DNA of 64,000 nucleotides, taken from Epithemia pelagica. Lineage: Eukaryota > Protista > Bacillariophyta. The notes under the pieces were generated by a model that worked only from the letters and a program-made list of their open reading frames with translations, ran no database searches and was not told the DNA's origin. Positions 62,241-64,000 of the stretch are shown piece after piece. The first letter of the stretch is position 1. Each line of letters starts with the position of its first letter. The stretch lies in NCBI GenBank assembly GCA_946965045.2, contig OX337232.1, forward strand, positions 1,612,001-1,676,000, in the 5' to 3' direction. The translations under genes were made by a program, and so were the position numbers.

Positions 62241-64000
62241 ATGGCGTCTTTTCGATGTCCGCGGATTGCCCGCATCTTTCATAGCCACAAAAGCTCAGGG
62301 GTCATCTTGCGTTCGACAAGACCGTTGCACTCGATGAGTGGCCTTTTTGCGGAGAGATTCGACACATATGAGCGAAATAAAATCGCGCTGAATCCTTTCC
62401 TGTGGCCATGGTCGACGACCACTCCATCAAGAGGCGTCGATGAAAACCGCTCCCGAATTCAATGTCGGTACTTTGCGAGAAAAATCGGCCTCAATGATGA
62501 ATATGATGATGATTCCTTCGATGTGGGTAGAAATAGAAAAGACGGCCAGAGACCCAACTTGATGAGCTTTGATTCTGGTGACGACTATTATGGTAACGAC
62601 TTCTTTGACAGTTCTGACGACGACGAAGATGATGAAGAAGATGATGATGATGACTACCTTAGTCCAGAAATGGATGCTGTTCGAGCAAGAGAGGAAGCCG
62701 TATTAGAGCGCAAAAAAGTGTTTGAGAACAAGAAAGGACGAGGATGGAGTGATGATTTGGAGGAACTAGAAGAAGCATTGATGGCGAATCAAAAAATTGA
62801 GGATTTGCCCCAGTGGACCCCCGAGTGTGTCAGTAGGACAAGTCGTGAACGTGTGAATGTTTATCCGGAAAAAATTCCAACCTTGACCGCATTGGCACGT
62901 TTGCCGTTGCCAATGCGGACTCATCCAAACCCAGGAGAAGGATTCACAAAAGAATACACTTTGTACCGTCGTGACGCAATCTTTAAACATGTCAAGAAAT
63001 GTGTCCGTGCCAAAGCTGAAGCGAGAGTGATGAGTATTCAGTCTCTGAGGACATGGGATGAAAAGCAAGAAGCGGTTGACAAACTTTTTGAAGAAGTGGA
63101 ATTTGAGCTAAAAAAAGACGAGGTGATTCTGGGACGCCAACCACAGTTTGGAGAGTGGGTCGAGAAGGCACTGGAAGAATATTTGATAGAAGTCGACGAA
63201 AGCAACAAGGAACAGCTATACAGAGAAGTCGCCGAAACGGTGAAGACGACCGCCGACCAACAGTTCAAGCTCATTGAGACTCGTCCAAAACTGGAGGACA
63301 AGGAAGCAGCATTCCGTGCACTAATAGCATCAATCGATGACATCAGGTCCACAGTGTCCAACTCACAACTAGAGCAACATCCGCTTTTCTCTCAATGGGT
63401 TGCCAAGGGTTTCGAAGAATACCTATCGAACCACAAGAAAGAGGCTGAAGATGCTCTTTTCGATCAGGTTTCCTCCTCAGTGCGTGCAAAGATTCCTTCT
63501 ACTGAATTGGATGACATACGGAGGATAAATAGTTCAGCTGGCCGGAGTGTCGCAATCAATGAGTTGTCCGAGTCGATCAGAGACCAAATGGCGAAGGAGA
63601 CTTTTGAGGGTGGAAAATACAACCTAATGAAATGGGTGAAAAAACTACACGAAGACAGTCTATATCAACAGGTTGCTGCCGCAGTACAGACTGAAGCTTC
63701 TTCTCTGCCTCTAGATGCAGTCAAAGACCAGGATGCACGGGATCGGTTGATTCATTTACGCGCGAAACTTCTTCGTCACAAGTTTGAACAGGAAGATTTT
63801 CCGCTATGTAAACACGAGAACTTTCTGAGCTGGTTGAAAAGAGCTCTGGAAGAGCACATAGACGGTTCCGACAGCGACCTGTTTCAACAAGTTGCTGTGG
63901 CTGTTGTCCCAAAAGTCGATGGTCCTCGGCGTGAAAGTATCCATGGTTTGCTATCGGTTGCTGACAAATGGGTGGCTTTTGATGAACTCTGTTGTTCAGT
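62241..64000 (+). CDS. Uncharacterised protein, possible mitochondrial presequence, internal helical repeats; 3'-truncated by the window edge
   Basis: Frame from ATG 62241 read by eye (not in the ORF track, apparently because it runs off the end); Arg/Ser-rich N-terminus; repeated F..WV.K..EEYL-type motifs. Confidence 0.7.
   Translation, partial: MASFRCPRIARIFHSHKSSGVILRSTRPLHSMSGLFAERFDTYERNKIALNPFLWPWSTTTPSRGVDENRSRIQCRYFARKIGLNDEYDDDSFDVGRNRKDGQRPNLMSFDSGDDYYGNDFFDSSDDDEDDEEDDDDDYLSPEMDAVRAREEAVLERKKVFENKKGRGWSDDLEELEEALMANQKIEDLPQWTPECVSRTSRERVNVYPEKIPTLTALARLPLPMRTHPNPGEGFTKEYTLYRRDAIFKHVKKCVRAKAEARVMSIQSLRTWDEKQEAVDKLFEEVEFELKKDEVILGRQPQFGEWVEKALEEYLIEVDESNKEQLYREVAETVKTTADQQFKLIETRPKLEDKEAAFRALIASIDDIRSTVSNSQLEQHPLFSQWVAKGFEEYLSNHKKEAEDALFDQVSSSVRAKIPSTELDDIRRINSSAGRSVAINELSESIRDQMAKETFEGGKYNLMKWVKKLHEDSLYQQVAAAVQTEASSLPLDAVKDQDARDRLIHLRAKLLRHKFEQEDFPLCKHENFLSWLKRALEEHIDGSDSDLFQQVAVAVVPKVDGPRRESIHGLLSVADKWVAFDELCCS

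Overview
Eukaryotic nuclear DNA with short GT-AG introns. A CoDi-like copia element and the gene content suggest a diatom or related stramenopile (inference). Host genes: an FAD monooxygenase, a GRAM-VASt protein, RBM42, ABHD17, two paralogous STI1-like acidic proteins, an NCBP3-like protein, a secreted 2OG-dioxygenase/ankyrin protein, RPT1, SFT2, NIP7 and transaldolase. These are interleaved with cargo-carrying transposons across about 3.4-44 kb. (1) A 7.0-kb IS630/Tc1/mariner-like element (3404-10399) has short TIRs, TA flanks and three cargo genes, including a SET-domain protein. (2) A 22-kb element (13683-35714) is bounded by ~1.7-kb, near-identical inverted arms built from ~188-190-bp tandem repeats. 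It holds a spliced piggyBac-like transposase with Tudor-like modules, a SET ORF that is in frame with a 2OG-Fe(II) dioxygenase ORF across a single TAA, a poly-Glu ORF and two unknown ORFs. (3) A very young, intact copia LTR retrotransposon is nested in the left arm, with an extra ORF and a primer site matching the anticodon arm of tRNA-Asn. (4) A PIF/Harbinger/ISL2EU-like four-ORF unit is flanked by 11-bp arrays. Main candidate system: two DNA transposons of unrelated superfamilies carry homologous cargo (the same SET subfamily plus the same uncharacterised ~170-180-aa protein), suggesting a transposon-borne chromatin-modifying or anti-silencing module. All domain calls come from motifs read by eye; no database searches were run.
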